A stretch of 64,000 bases of DNA from Nanobdellota archaeon (GCA_038045705.1 JBBSXO010000005.1:1-64000), one strand, 5' to 3'. Shown: positions 46,059 to 56,182, counted from the stretch's first letter. Notes: generated by a model not told the origin, from the letters alone. A program made the numbers and translations.

Positions 46059-48784
46059 GTGTAATAAGGTCTTTTAATAAATCTTGCGTTAATTACACCT
46101 TGTGGCTGTCTATCAGCTATCTGTTTGACAGTCTCTTTATGTTCTCTCCAAGTAAATATAGGTATCTCAAACATTCCAACCCTCTTGCCATTTATCTTTC
46201 TAAGCGCAAATCTAATTCTTTCATTAGACCATTTTTGCTGTTTGAGTCTCGATTTAATATCTGAATCAGAAAGTCCAGATTTTCTGGCATTATATATGAA
46301 ATTAACTAAATTATATAAATCATTAGATTCAGGAAATAAACTATTTTGATAATATTTTTTATACCATTCCTGTAATATTATATAAGCTACAAATGCAAAT
46401 ATTATTAATATTACCCATCCAATCAATGTAAATTTAAACCATCTTTTAGAACAATCTTCAGGACAACTTCCAGCAGTCTCATCATTCTCACAAATGTTAT
46501 TAATATTGCATTCACCACTAGGAGCTTCAATATTACTTAAAATTTCAAGAGATGGAGAAATGTAAGCACCAAGAGTTTCAGCATCAATGTCTCCTTCAAT
46601 AAAGAACTCAAATAATTGAGAAGATGATGTGTCAAGCAAAATATAATCAACTCCAGATGTAACTGATAGAGGATTATAGTTTGTTTTATACAAACCAACA
46701 CTATCAATATTTTGTCCAAGAATTAAATAAGTATTTGTACTGATTGAAACAAGAGGATTTGTTCTTATTGTAAATAATGTTCCTATAGGTTCTACGCCAT
46801 TATCTCCTGTTTTTTCTATTTTTCTAAATGATATCTGGGAATTAAAATTATCATCCATCCAAGCAATTATTTGGTCTTTCAAAGCAACGTTGTCTGAAAA
46901 GTCTTCGTTTTCAATTTGTTCAATATAATTTGAATTAATATTTTCATAACCTATGCTTAACGGAAGATTATCTGCGGAACTTCTAGAAGAAACATAAGCA
47001 GGAACATCTAGATCAATTAAATCAAGCATAATATCTTGATAATCTTGTTCAGTAGAAGCATTGTTATAAGATAATTCTATATAATTTAACCCAGATGTTA
47101 AATTGTTAAGCCTTACCAAGCTTTGTATTTTTTGAACAGCCCAGGATGGATAAGAATTAATCTGATTAGTTATATTAGTTATTCTTCTTCGATATTCAAT
47201 TATGGTTAAATTAGCAATATCTCTAGGATTTCCTACAAACACCCTAAACTGTCTAGTTGTTTGAGTCTGATTGTTTATTGCAGTAACATTAATATCAAAT
47301 GAAGAATTATTTCTGGTAAATGCATGAAATATAAAACTCCCATTAACTGTTTGAACAGGAGTCCCATCTCCAAAATTCCAAATTGTTCTAGTAATATTAG
47401 TAGAATTTGAAAAAGCAGTAAATCTAGTATTCTGACCGAATGCAACTGATTTGGGAGTTATGTCAAAAGAAAAACTTCTTCTAATAGAAATAGTTTTATC
47501 AAACAACAAGTCACCATCAAAGTATAATTCAAATTTATTGCGATTACTTTCTATAGGAATCATAAAATTTGCTTTAGATATATCAAGAGTTAAGTTATTC
47601 GAGGTTATTCTAGTAGCATAATGATCCAGTTCCTGAATCTGTTGAGTACTTGGACGAGAAGCTCCAAAACTTTCATAATTTAATTCAGCATCATTAAAGT
47701 CAACTATTTGATTTGTTCCAAAAATCCCTAATGGTATAAAACAAGAACTACTTTGGCAATCTCCACCATAAACATTTTGAACATATTGGTTAATAATCTG
47801 TCCAAGATCCTCATAGCTTGTTTGATTTATTACTAAACTTGGAGATGAAGCATACATCATAGTTTCAGCAAATAAATCAAAATCACTATTTAGCTGACCA
47901 AATCCTTGAGCAGTACCACAAGTAGGAGATAAAGTTTCTTGACCTATTTGGTATCCATTATTTAAACTTGTTGTGATGCAAACATAGTATTCGTCAGCTT
48001 CATAAGAGGAGTGATTTACAACACAGCTTAATTCTTGGGTGCTTTGACTATTTGGGCTATTTTGAGGCAATTTACAAGATCCAAGAAAAGAAGTAGTATC
48101 AAAATCATAGAGTTTCATAGTTAAATTAGAATTTCCAGTACCTCTATTTATTTCACCACCAACTATAAAAGATGGACCTGCAGGAATAACTATCTTTTCA
48201 CAATATTCTCTTCCCGTAACAATTGTTGCCAAACCCACATTTGAAGAGTCATAACATCCTGTATGTTTTACACCGCAGCTTTCACCACTGCCCCGATTAC
48301 TCGTGAATATATTTTGTCCATCTGCAAGTAAATCTACATAAAGATTAGGAATACAACTTGAAGGAGCATTTGAACTTACTCTTAATTTAGCATCCATTAT
48401 TTCGATTCCAGAACCTTGAACTTCAAATCCGACAAACCCAGTCTCACCTGAACTTAATTGCATCTGATTGACATTTCCAGAAGAAGTATAATCATTTTGA
48501 CAACCATTAGTAGAGCAATTATAATTGACCCCTTCAACTAATCCAGATTGATTTTTTATCAAATCAATCAATGTCAAGCTCCCAGGAAAATTGCTTGTTA
48601 CCTCAACATCTCCAGGATGATTAGCAAGTCTTAAGTTAAAGTTTCCCCTTATTACTTCACCACTAGAATAGTTTGAATATATGTTATTATGCAAATAGTT
48701 TACACTTGCGGAAACTCCGATAATTGTAAAAGAAATTAAGATAATTATTAATCCATTTATATAAAATAAATTTTTATTTCGCAT
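46055..48784 (-). CDS. Large Cys-rich surface glycoprotein with PKD domain, C-terminal TM and cytoplasmic helical tail
   Basis: Signal peptide, 'WNFGDGT', 'CNINNICENDETAGSCPEDC', TM, many NxS/T sequons. Confidence 0.78.
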   Translation of the reverse strand: MRNKNLFYINGLIIILISFTIIGVSASVNYLHNNIYSNYSSGEVIRGNFNLRLANHPGDVEVTSNFPGSLTLIDLIKNQSGLVEGVNYNCSTNGCQNDYTSSGNVNQMQLSSGETGFVGFEVQGSGIEIMDAKLRVSSNAPSSCIPNLYVDLLADGQNIFTSNRGSGESCGVKHTGCYDSSNVGLATIVTGREYCEKIVIPAGPSFIVGGEINRGTGNSNLTMKLYDFDTTSFLGSCKLPQNSPNSQSTQELSCVVNHSSYEADEYYVCITTSLNNGYQIGQETLSPTCGTAQGFGQLNSDFDLFAETMMYASSPSLVINQTSYEDLGQIINQYVQNVYGGDCQSSSCFIPLGIFGTNQIVDFNDAELNYESFGASRPSTQQIQELDHYATRITSNNLTLDISKANFMIPIESNRNKFELYFDGDLLFDKTISIRRSFSFDITPKSVAFGQNTRFTAFSNSTNITRTIWNFGDGTPVQTVNGSFIFHAFTRNNSSFDINVTAINNQTQTTRQFRVFVGNPRDIANLTIIEYRRRITNITNQINSYPSWAVQKIQSLVRLNNLTSGLNYIELSYNNASTEQDYQDIMLDLIDLDVPAYVSSRSSADNLPLSIGYENINSNYIEQIENEDFSDNVALKDQIIAWMDDNFNSQISFRKIEKTGDNGVEPIGTLFTIRTNPLVSISTNTYLILGQNIDSVGLYKTNYNPLSVTSGVDYILLDTSSSQLFEFFIEGDIDAETLGAYISPSLEILSNIEAPSGECNINNICENDETAGSCPEDCSKRWFKFTLIGWVILIIFAFVAYIILQEWYKKYYQNSLFPESNDLYNLVNFIYNARKSGLSDSDIKSRLKQQKWSNERIRFALRKINGKRVGMFEIPIFTWREHKETVKQIADRQPQGVINARFIKRPYYT

Positions 48785-50987
48785 ATATCTTTCCCTTAAA
48801 AAAGTTGAACACAAAGTAAACTGAAGCTATCAACAGAATAGCAAATAAAAATTGTCTGATTCCAAAGAAACTAAGTTCAAAATTTAAAGAACCACAAGGA
48901 ACAGTTACAGAAGGTCTACTAGGACAAGTTCCAGACACAACATTATAGCTTATTGTTTTTCTTCCATTAATACATTCACTCGTAGTTGTAGTGTAAGCAC
49001 AATTACCTCCAAGAATAGGTCCCCCTCCAACATTACATGCACCCGTAGAAGTATTAGCATATTGTGTTGCTCTAACACCACAACGGCTAGATGCAGTATC
49101 CCAAAAGCATTGTAAAAAAGTGCATGGAGGGGGGTTTCCACCATAAGAAGCTAAGGGAATAGCAGTATTGTTATTACTGTTACAAGCATTTTGATTTGTG
49201 AAATCACTACATTCTAAAGTTATGTTTCCAGATATTTGACAAGAATAAAGAGCCCGATTATCTACACCAGGCATGCATCTAAGTCCAGCGGCGCAACAGT
49301 CGTCTGCTGTTCCTGCAATAAAGTCTCCACCTTTACAATAATCATTTTCCTGATTAGTAGAGTAACTTAAAGAACCTGAAGCATAATATGTATTCCCATT
49401 ATTCAAACATCTACCTAAGGTAAATTCTCTTTCAAATACTGCATTTGCTCCATTAGTATGAGTTATAGAAACACTCATGTGCTTATCATTTACACTATTT
49501 GATAAATCATCATACTGTGCAGTTCCTTGATAAATTCCATTTCCTTCAAAATTGATCCATTCATCACTCCAATCCTGATCCCAAAATCTCCAGTTAAAAT
49601 TCAATGTATTGTAAAGATTATTTCCACCAGTAGCAGAAGTTATTGAAATTCCACCAGAAGGGTTAGGAGTACAACCAGCAGGAACATTCTTAGTTTCAGC
49701 AGGACAATCTCCACCAATACACTGAACACTACATCCATTTACATCAACTGCAAAACTATCAGAAGCATTAAATGGAACGCTTTGAGGAAAATAAGGTCCA
49801 GAAGTAGGTGGTGTTGTATATACAAATTCATTAAATTCAGGCTCTTGTATATAAGCAAGAACATAAGGACTGGCAACAATCAACATCTGACTTTCAGCAA
49901 TGTCATAATTTCCAGCCAAATCAGTACATCTTAATTTAACATTTGTTTGTCCAGGACTAGTAAATCTATGCGGAAAGTTAGATCCAGTTCTTGTAAAAGA
50001 ATTAGATCCTTGAGTTATCGTCCATTCATTTTGAACAGGTCCAATTTGACTTGTACATCCAGATACAAAATTAATATCGCTATTGCTATTGAGAAAATAA
50101 ACTCCTCTATGAACTGGAGCAGTAATATTTGCAATAGGACTTGAAAATGAACATAAGCTTGAGTTATCTTGATAATAGATATCATAAGATTCATTAGAAT
50201 ATGTAGAATAATTTGCTCTGAAAAATAGTTCCAATCTATTATCTCCATCAGGAAGTTGTCCTTGTATCACTTGTCTAATGACTGAGTCACTTAAATTTAG
50301 AATAATATTTGCTTGATTGTTTAGCACAGGTGCAAACAAAGTAGCAATTTTATCATCACGACCTAAATCTCTATCATAGAAATTAAACTGAATCTGACTA
50401 TTATCTGCCATCGAAACAGTCTGAACACTCGCAGTAATAATATGATTAGAGCAAATATTAGCTCCAGCAGGAATCACAGTTCCATCATAATATTTCCATA
50501 TTGGATTATATATTTGAGGAGAGTTAGTTCTACAGCAAATTCTAGTGTTATAATTACTAGATCCAGCAGTCCCAAGATGAGCATTTGTATCAGCAGAGAG
50601 AGAAACAACTTCAGTCTGTCCAGATGGACAAGCACTTGTACTACTAACGCAAATTAAATCTCCATAACAAACATTTCTAGGATAATTTATTCCAGTGTAA
50701 TCTGGAGTTTGAGCATGAGCATTAGTATAATCACTAAGTCTTAAAACTAAATTAGTCCCAGTACAATCATGAGGGTTAGGTCCAACAGGATAACCAGGAA
50801 ACAAACTGGGAAAACATATTTGAGTTCCATAATTTCCAGCCCCATTATATACTTCCCCATGAGCATTAGATATATCTGATATCCTTAGAATTCTTTGATT
50901 ATCTGTGCAAGTTTGAGCGCTAACATTTAGAGTGAGTAAAAAAATACAAAACAAACTACAAAATAATAACATCACCAATCTCTTCAT
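48774..50987 (-). CDS. Large Cys-rich surface protein with three 'LSxxTNAH'-like repeats, a PKD-like domain and a C-terminal anchor
   Basis: Signal peptide, three repeats, 'HRFTSPGQTNVKL', C-terminal 'ELSFFG' plus TM and basic tail. Confidence 0.78.
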   Translation of the reverse strand: MKRLVMLLFCSLFCIFLLTLNVSAQTCTDNQRILRISDISNAHGEVYNGAGNYGTQICFPSLFPGYPVGPNPHDCTGTNLVLRLSDYTNAHAQTPDYTGINYPRNVCYGDLICVSSTSACPSGQTEVVSLSADTNAHLGTAGSSNYNTRICCRTNSPQIYNPIWKYYDGTVIPAGANICSNHIITASVQTVSMADNSQIQFNFYDRDLGRDDKIATLFAPVLNNQANIILNLSDSVIRQVIQGQLPDGDNRLELFFRANYSTYSNESYDIYYQDNSSLCSFSSPIANITAPVHRGVYFLNSNSDINFVSGCTSQIGPVQNEWTITQGSNSFTRTGSNFPHRFTSPGQTNVKLRCTDLAGNYDIAESQMLIVASPYVLAYIQEPEFNEFVYTTPPTSGPYFPQSVPFNASDSFAVDVNGCSVQCIGGDCPAETKNVPAGCTPNPSGGISITSATGGNNLYNTLNFNWRFWDQDWSDEWINFEGNGIYQGTAQYDDLSNSVNDKHMSVSITHTNGANAVFEREFTLGRCLNNGNTYYASGSLSYSTNQENDYCKGGDFIAGTADDCCAAGLRCMPGVDNRALYSCQISGNITLECSDFTNQNACNSNNNTAIPLASYGGNPPPCTFLQCFWDTASSRCGVRATQYANTSTGACNVGGGPILGGNCAYTTTTSECINGRKTISYNVVSGTCPSRPSVTVPCGSLNFELSFFGIRQFLFAILLIASVYFVFNFFKGKIYAK

Positions 50988-51030
50988 AAAGAGTCATGCC
51001 GTCGCCACTTTATAAAGATTATTAAAATAA

Positions 51031-52464
51031 CTATCCTTTTACAACTCCAAGGGGTTTGAGTCTGGCAACCATTTTTCCAATGCCAAGTTCATCACTTATA
51101 CGAACAACTTCGTTAACATCTTTGTATGCTTCAGGAGCTTCGTCAACAGCACCTTTCAAACTCCCAGTTTGAAGAACAACATCTTTGTCTTGTAATTCTT
51201 TTTGCAAGCTTTCACTATTTATTGTTTTAGACGCTTCGCTTCTAGATAAAAGGCGTCCAGCACCATGAGCAGTGCTTCCAAAAGTTAGTTCTTCAGCTTT
51301 TTTAGTTCCAACTAAGACATAAGAATAAGTGCCCATACTTCCAGGGATAAATATTGGACAACCTACCTTTCGATAGATTAAAGGCAATTCATTTCTACCA
51401 GGTCCAAAAGAACGAGTAGCACCCTTTCTATGCACAAGTAATTTTCTTTTAACCCCATTTACAATATGTTCCTCAAATTTTGCAATATTATGTGCAAGAT
51501 CATAAACTAAATTTAATTCTGATTTAGGGAAATATTTTTTAAAGATTTTCCTAATTTGATGCATAATCAAATGTCTATTAGCAAATCCAAAGTTAGCAGC
51601 TGCAGCCATTGCAGACAAGTAATCTCTTCCTAAATCAGATTCTATCTTAGCATAAGCTAATTGTCTATCAGGTAGATGTTTAAACCCATATTCATCCTCC
51701 ATCTTTTTCATATAATCAGATGCAACTTGATGTCCAACCCCTCTACTACCTGAATGTATCATTATAGTAATTTGTCCAATTTTATTTATTCCAAATATTT
51801 TTGCAATCTTCTCATCATAAATTTGTTCAACTTCTTGAATTTCAAGAAAATGATTTCCAGCGCCAAGAGTTCCAAGTTGATTCATCCCTCTTCCACGCGC
51901 TTTAGCAGAAACTTTAGAAGCATCAGCCCCAAGTATTTTTCCACTATCTTCACATTTATCTTTATCTTTTACATCACCATATCCCTTTTCAATAGCCCAA
52001 CCAACCCCATTTAATAAAACTCGATCAATTTCTTTATTATTTAACTTAAATTCACTTTTCTTTCCAACTCCAGAAGGAACACTGTTGTAAATATCCTTTA
52101 AGATATTATTTCTCTCATTCAAGAATTCATTTTTAGTTAAGTTTGTAGAGACTAAACGCACCCCACAATTAATATCAAAACCTATCACTCCTGGGCTAAT
52201 AATTCCTTTTTTAGCATCAAATACAGCAACTCCTCCAACAGGAGCACCATAACCCTGATGTGCATCCATCATAGCCATAGAGTATCCAACTATCTCAGGC
52301 AATTTTGCTACATTTTTAACTTGAGTCAATGTTAAGTCGCTTTTTATTTTTTCAAACAATGCTTCAGAAGCGAATATTCTCCCAGGAACATTCATGCCTT
52401 CTTGTTTAGATAATTCATAAACAAATTCAGATATCTTTTTAATTTTTTCTTTCATTTTAATCAT
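51031..52464 (-). CDS. rtcB: RNA ligase RtcB
   Basis: 'DAHQGYG', 'GFDINCG', 'GNHFLE', 'HSGSRG', 'HRKGA', 'HGAGR'. Confidence 0.95.
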   Translation of the reverse strand: MIKMKEKIKKISEFVYELSKQEGMNVPGRIFASEALFEKIKSDLTLTQVKNVAKLPEIVGYSMAMMDAHQGYGAPVGGVAVFDAKKGIISPGVIGFDINCGVRLVSTNLTKNEFLNERNNILKDIYNSVPSGVGKKSEFKLNNKEIDRVLLNGVGWAIEKGYGDVKDKDKCEDSGKILGADASKVSAKARGRGMNQLGTLGAGNHFLEIQEVEQIYDEKIAKIFGINKIGQITIMIHSGSRGVGHQVASDYMKKMEDEYGFKHLPDRQLAYAKIESDLGRDYLSAMAAAANFGFANRHLIMHQIRKIFKKYFPKSELNLVYDLAHNIAKFEEHIVNGVKRKLLVHRKGATRSFGPGRNELPLIYRKVGCPIFIPGSMGTYSYVLVGTKKAEELTFGSTAHGAGRLLSRSEASKTINSESLQKELQDKDVVLQTGSLKGAVDEAPEAYKDVNEVVRISDELGIGKMVARLKPLGVVKG

Positions 52465-52497
52465 ATATATCATTAATTAGATATTTTTAAACAATAG

Positions 52498-52908
52498 TCA
52501 TACATCCAAAACAACTTGACATTCCCATATTTTATCTTTTTGTTTAACATACATCTCAGCATAAGTCGGGGACTTAATTGCATCTAATGACTTATAATTT
52601 AATGTACTATCTCCATATAAAATAGCATTAATATTATTTTTATTCAAATTTACCTTAGCATTTGAAACAACAAACTGCTTAGCATCAAACAAGTAAATTA
52701 ATTCTTCAATGAATTTATACAATAAAGATTCATAATCACTTCCAGAAATAGAAATTTCCTTATTTTTCAATGGTCTAATTTTTTCCCCTCTTGAGAATAC
52801 TGAAGAAACTGCAAGAACACAGTTTTCAAACATTTCATTCAGGTTTTTACCATGAGCTATAAATTTTAGGTCTCCAGTATGCTTTAAAAATTCAAATCCT
52901 TTATTCAT
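52498..52908 (-). CDS. Archease
   Basis: 'FEFLKHTGD', 'IKSPTY', C-terminal 'VVLDV'; adjacent to rtcB. Confidence 0.9.
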   Translation of the reverse strand: MNKGFEFLKHTGDLKFIAHGKNLNEMFENCVLAVSSVFSRGEKIRPLKNKEISISGSDYESLLYKFIEELIYLFDAKQFVVSNAKVNLNKNNINAILYGDSTLNYKSLDAIKSPTYAEMYVKQKDKIWECQVVLDV

Positions 52909-53099
52909 TTTTCTAAACAGCAATTATTGTATAAATAACTTCGCTCTTAATAGAATTTATAATTCAGCTTCTAATAAAAAACTCAAACAAATCATCAATA
53001 AAGTTCTTAATTAGTTTAAAAGCGTACTCAGATAAAATATTACCTCTTTATAATAACAACAATAAAAAAGTTTAAATACATCAAATTTATCTAAAAAAT

Positions 53100-53801
53100 A
53101 TGAGTAGGCCAACATTCAGAATTTTATCGAAAGGATTATCAAAAGGAGTGACTCCAGTAGAAGTAAATGGAGTACTTTACAATGCATCCTCAAAAGGTCC
53201 AGGAAACTTTAACAAATTAAGGCAAGCAGATTATGGACCGAGTTTTAGGCAAGGAACATTTGGAAACCAACTAGATATACTTCACGGAGCACATCTTAAT
53301 CCAGGAGTAGATGGTGCATACAGAGTTACTCAAACAGCAAGAACCTCCATTGTTTCAGGAAACACAGCAATGCTTTGCACTCCAAGAATAATCTTAGTTC
53401 AAAATAGACCTCAAGTTACAGATGGAAGAATTGTCATGGATGAAGAGGATTTAACAAATAGGTTAACTGGAGATACGATAAGAGGGGTTACATTTGATAG
53501 AGCTAGAAGCATAGCTGGAATTCCGTATGGTCTTGCAAAAGAATGGCAAAATTCAGAACAAATGAGAAATAATCCAATTCCAATTGTATTAACAATGGAT
53601 GAATCAGCTCCAGAAAAATTGGAGGAAATTCAAGAGGAAATAGGTAAAAGAAGCTATGTTTATGTTCTAGATCAAATTCAAGTTTCAAAACCAGAAATCA
53701 CAGTTCCTGTTTTGGACGAGGACGACGTCAGGTTGAATCTCTTCGGCTTTGACCGGTACGTCTTGGATGGCCTCAGGCGATCGTTTGGGATATGTCAGTA
53801 A
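53100..53801 (+). CDS. Putative DGR target (variable) protein
   Basis: C-terminal 99 nt are about 52% GC with 12 of 32 sense codons ending in C; ends 'RLNLFG...SFGI'. Confidence 0.65.
   Translation: MSRPTFRILSKGLSKGVTPVEVNGVLYNASSKGPGNFNKLRQADYGPSFRQGTFGNQLDILHGAHLNPGVDGAYRVTQTARTSIVSGNTAMLCTPRIILVQNRPQVTDGRIVMDEEDLTNRLTGDTIRGVTFDRARSIAGIPYGLAKEWQNSEQMRNNPIPIVLTMDESAPEKLEEIQEEIGKRSYVYVLDQIQVSKPEITVPVLDEDDVRLNLFGFDRYVLDGLRRSFGICQ
53703..53801 (+). other. Putative DGR variable region (VR)
   Basis: GAC, GTC, CTC, TTC, TAC and GGC codons consistent with adenine mutagenesis of AAC; abrupt composition shift. Confidence 0.55.
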
Positions 53802-53875
53802 TTCACACTCCAGATTTCACTCTTACTAAATTGAAGTCTTAAAAACAAACAACGTATTTTCTAGAAAATAATTGG

Positions 53876-54280
53876 TTATTCAACCCATAAAAATAATCTT
53901 AACTTAATAGGATTAAAATCACTCTTACTTGTGCTTATTATTCTTTCTGCAGAGAATACATTCCCTACATAAGCAGATTGTCCACAAGAACTAGTTATCA
54001 CACAAGACCTTAACTCAAAGCTAATATAATCAGGTAGACTATTATTCACAAAAGCAAGAGTATTTACCATATTATTAACATTTGTTTGTTCACGTATAAT
54101 TTCATTTCTTAAATTCTCTCGTACACTTATTTCAGATAGTAAATCTCTAGCAAATTCAGATAAATCTTGAGTTTCCTGGCTTGGTAAATTTTGTTTATAT
54201 GCAAGAATTAAAATTATAGAAATTAAAATTATTGCAATTAGTAGTTCAATCATTCTAGCAATTCCTTTCCTACTTACCAT
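53876..54280 (-). CDS. Pilin-like protein (class III signal peptide)
   Basis: 'RKG|IARMIE' plus hydrophobic helix. Confidence 0.7.
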   Translation of the reverse strand: MVSRKGIARMIELLIAIILISIILILAYKQNLPSQETQDLSEFARDLLSEISVRENLRNEIIREQTNVNNMVNTLAFVNNSLPDYISFELRSCVITSSCGQSAYVGNVFSAERIISTSKSDFNPIKLRLFLWVE

Positions 54281-54969
54281 ACTAACACCCTAATATCCGC
54301 ATACTCTCTTCTTCCAGAATTTCTTATTATTTCAATTCTATCATTTTTTGATAAAACTTCAACATTATCAGGAATTTCATTTAAACTCATTATTTGAGAG
54401 TCACTAAACTGAACAGCAAAACCAAAATCCAGCCTATTGGGTAAATTAAGTTCTCGTTTTAATTCAGTATAATTAGAAAAATAACTTCTATTAAGTTCGA
54501 GAAACAAACTTTCAAAATACAGCTCTTCAGTATCTGAAGAAGAAATAAAATATTTATTTTCAATAGACTGACCATTTATAGAAGCCGGAGAGTTCTTTAT
54601 TATTGGAGAGTACCTTATCCTAAAAAAGTATGTTCCATTTCTATCAAAATGGACAAATCCATTGTTTTTATAAGTCTCAATAATTACACCATCTTCATCT
54701 TCAACAGTAGCATTATAATTCATAGAAATTCCAGGTATTTTTAAAGAAACTATTGAGGGTACTAATTGACTGCTATCAATAGAAATAGCATAAGTTTCAA
54801 CAATTTCTTTGGTCTCTTCAGAGACTTCTATCCATGCATAGTCCATAGTAGACTTCAAAGTTCTTTGGCTTTGCAATGGATTAAAAAACACAAAAGCAAA
54901 TACAACAAATCCTATAAATATAACAAATGAAATCACAAATTCTATGTGACTCAACCCCTTTTTTGACAT
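54274..54969 (-). CDS. Pilin-like protein (class III signal peptide)
   Basis: 'KKG|LSHIEF' plus hydrophobic helix. Confidence 0.7.
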   Translation of the reverse strand: MSKKGLSHIEFVISFVIFIGFVVFAFVFFNPLQSQRTLKSTMDYAWIEVSEETKEIVETYAISIDSSQLVPSIVSLKIPGISMNYNATVEDEDGVIIETYKNNGFVHFDRNGTYFFRIRYSPIIKNSPASINGQSIENKYFISSSDTEELYFESLFLELNRSYFSNYTELKRELNLPNRLDFGFAVQFSDSQIMSLNEIPDNVEVLSKNDRIEIIRNSGRREYADIRVLVW

Positions 54970-55019
54970 TAAACTGGGAAAATTAGCTTTATTTATATAG
55001 ATTGCCCCTTATTAGAAAC

Positions 55020-55784
55020 ATGGAAAACCTAGTAAGAAAAATAAAGGAAAAATATGAGCTAAATAGTCTTCCAGACAGCCTTGTTAAGTCAACTTTAGAA
55101 ACATATTTGTTAAAAAACAAAGTAAAATATATAAATTCAGAAAAGAGTCAAAAAATAATAGTAAAAGAGGTCAGAAAAGAGCTAAGAAGATATACAGGAC
55201 AATATGCTTCTAAAACAAACATAAAAAATAGGCAGGAATTAATAAAAAAAGAAGATATAATTGGATTGTTAAAAGAACATTCATCAACAAGAGAGAGATT
55301 AGAAGATTATCCATTAGTAAAAGATATAATAAAAAAAATCAATCCGAAAAGTATATTAGATTTAGGCTGTGGTGTCAATCCAATAGCAATAGCTTCAAAA
55401 GGGATAAAGTATCACGCTTATGACATCAACCAAAATGATTTGGAAATAGTAAATGAGTTCTTCAAAATAAACAAGATAGAAGGAGATATTTATCACAAAG
55501 ACATCAGAGAAGAAAGTCTGTTTCCAAAAGTAGATCTATGTATTATCTTTAAAGTTCTAGACATTTTAGGAGATGATAGAAATAAAGTTACAAAAGATAT
55601 TTTAACAAAAGTAGATTCGAAGTATTTCTTAATTAGTTTCGCAACAAGAACTTTATCAGGCAAACCAATGAATAGCCCATACAGAAGATGGTTTGAAAAA
55701 ATCCTACAAGTTTTAAATTATAAATATGAGGTCAAAAGAACAAGGCAGGAATTGTTTTATATTATTCAGAAGACTACAGCATAA
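55020..55784 (+). CDS. FmrO/ArmA/Rmt-like SAM-dependent rRNA methyltransferase
   Basis: 'HSSTRERL', 'LDLGCGVNP', 'YDIN', 'FKVLDIL', 'SFATRTLSG'. Confidence 0.72.
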   Translation: MENLVRKIKEKYELNSLPDSLVKSTLETYLLKNKVKYINSEKSQKIIVKEVRKELRRYTGQYASKTNIKNRQELIKKEDIIGLLKEHSSTRERLEDYPLVKDIIKKINPKSILDLGCGVNPIAIASKGIKYHAYDINQNDLEIVNEFFKINKIEGDIYHKDIREESLFPKVDLCIIFKVLDILGDDRNKVTKDILTKVDSKYFLISFATRTLSGKPMNSPYRRWFEKILQVLNYKYEVKRTRQELFYIIQKTTA

Positions 55785-55810
55785 TACTTTATCAACGTAA
55801 GAATTCTTTT

Positions 55811-56182
55811 TTAAGAGAAGCTATATCTTATTCTTGCCCAAATACCTGGCTTAGTCTTCATTATACATTCCTTTTTAGATGTTTTAAAGTCAGCTTTGCA
55901 TTTTTTCATATCAGTTTTGTAATCATTCTTGCATTTCTTTGTCTGAGCAGTATCATTACCAACAGTAGTTATACACTCCCCTCTTATCCCTTTTACAGTA
56001 TCATAACAAATGTTTTTTATGCCAACGGCTTCAACAACACATTGACCATAAGTCATGTTTATTTCACTTCCCCTACCAGCATTAGAATTATTATTTTCAT
56101 TATTTTGAGCAATTACCATGCCCGCAGATCCAACAAATAGAAACAAAACAATAGAAACCAAAACCATGCTAACTTTATTCAT
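55811..56182 (-). CDS. Small secreted protein with CX10C periodicity
   Basis: Signal peptide; Cys spacing 10-10-13-10-10. Confidence 0.65.
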   Translation of the reverse strand: MNKVSMVLVSIVLFLFVGSAGMVIAQNNENNNSNAGRGSEINMTYGQCVVEAVGIKNICYDTVKGIRGECITTVGNDTAQTKKCKNDYKTDMKKCKADFKTSKKECIMKTKPGIWARIRYSFS

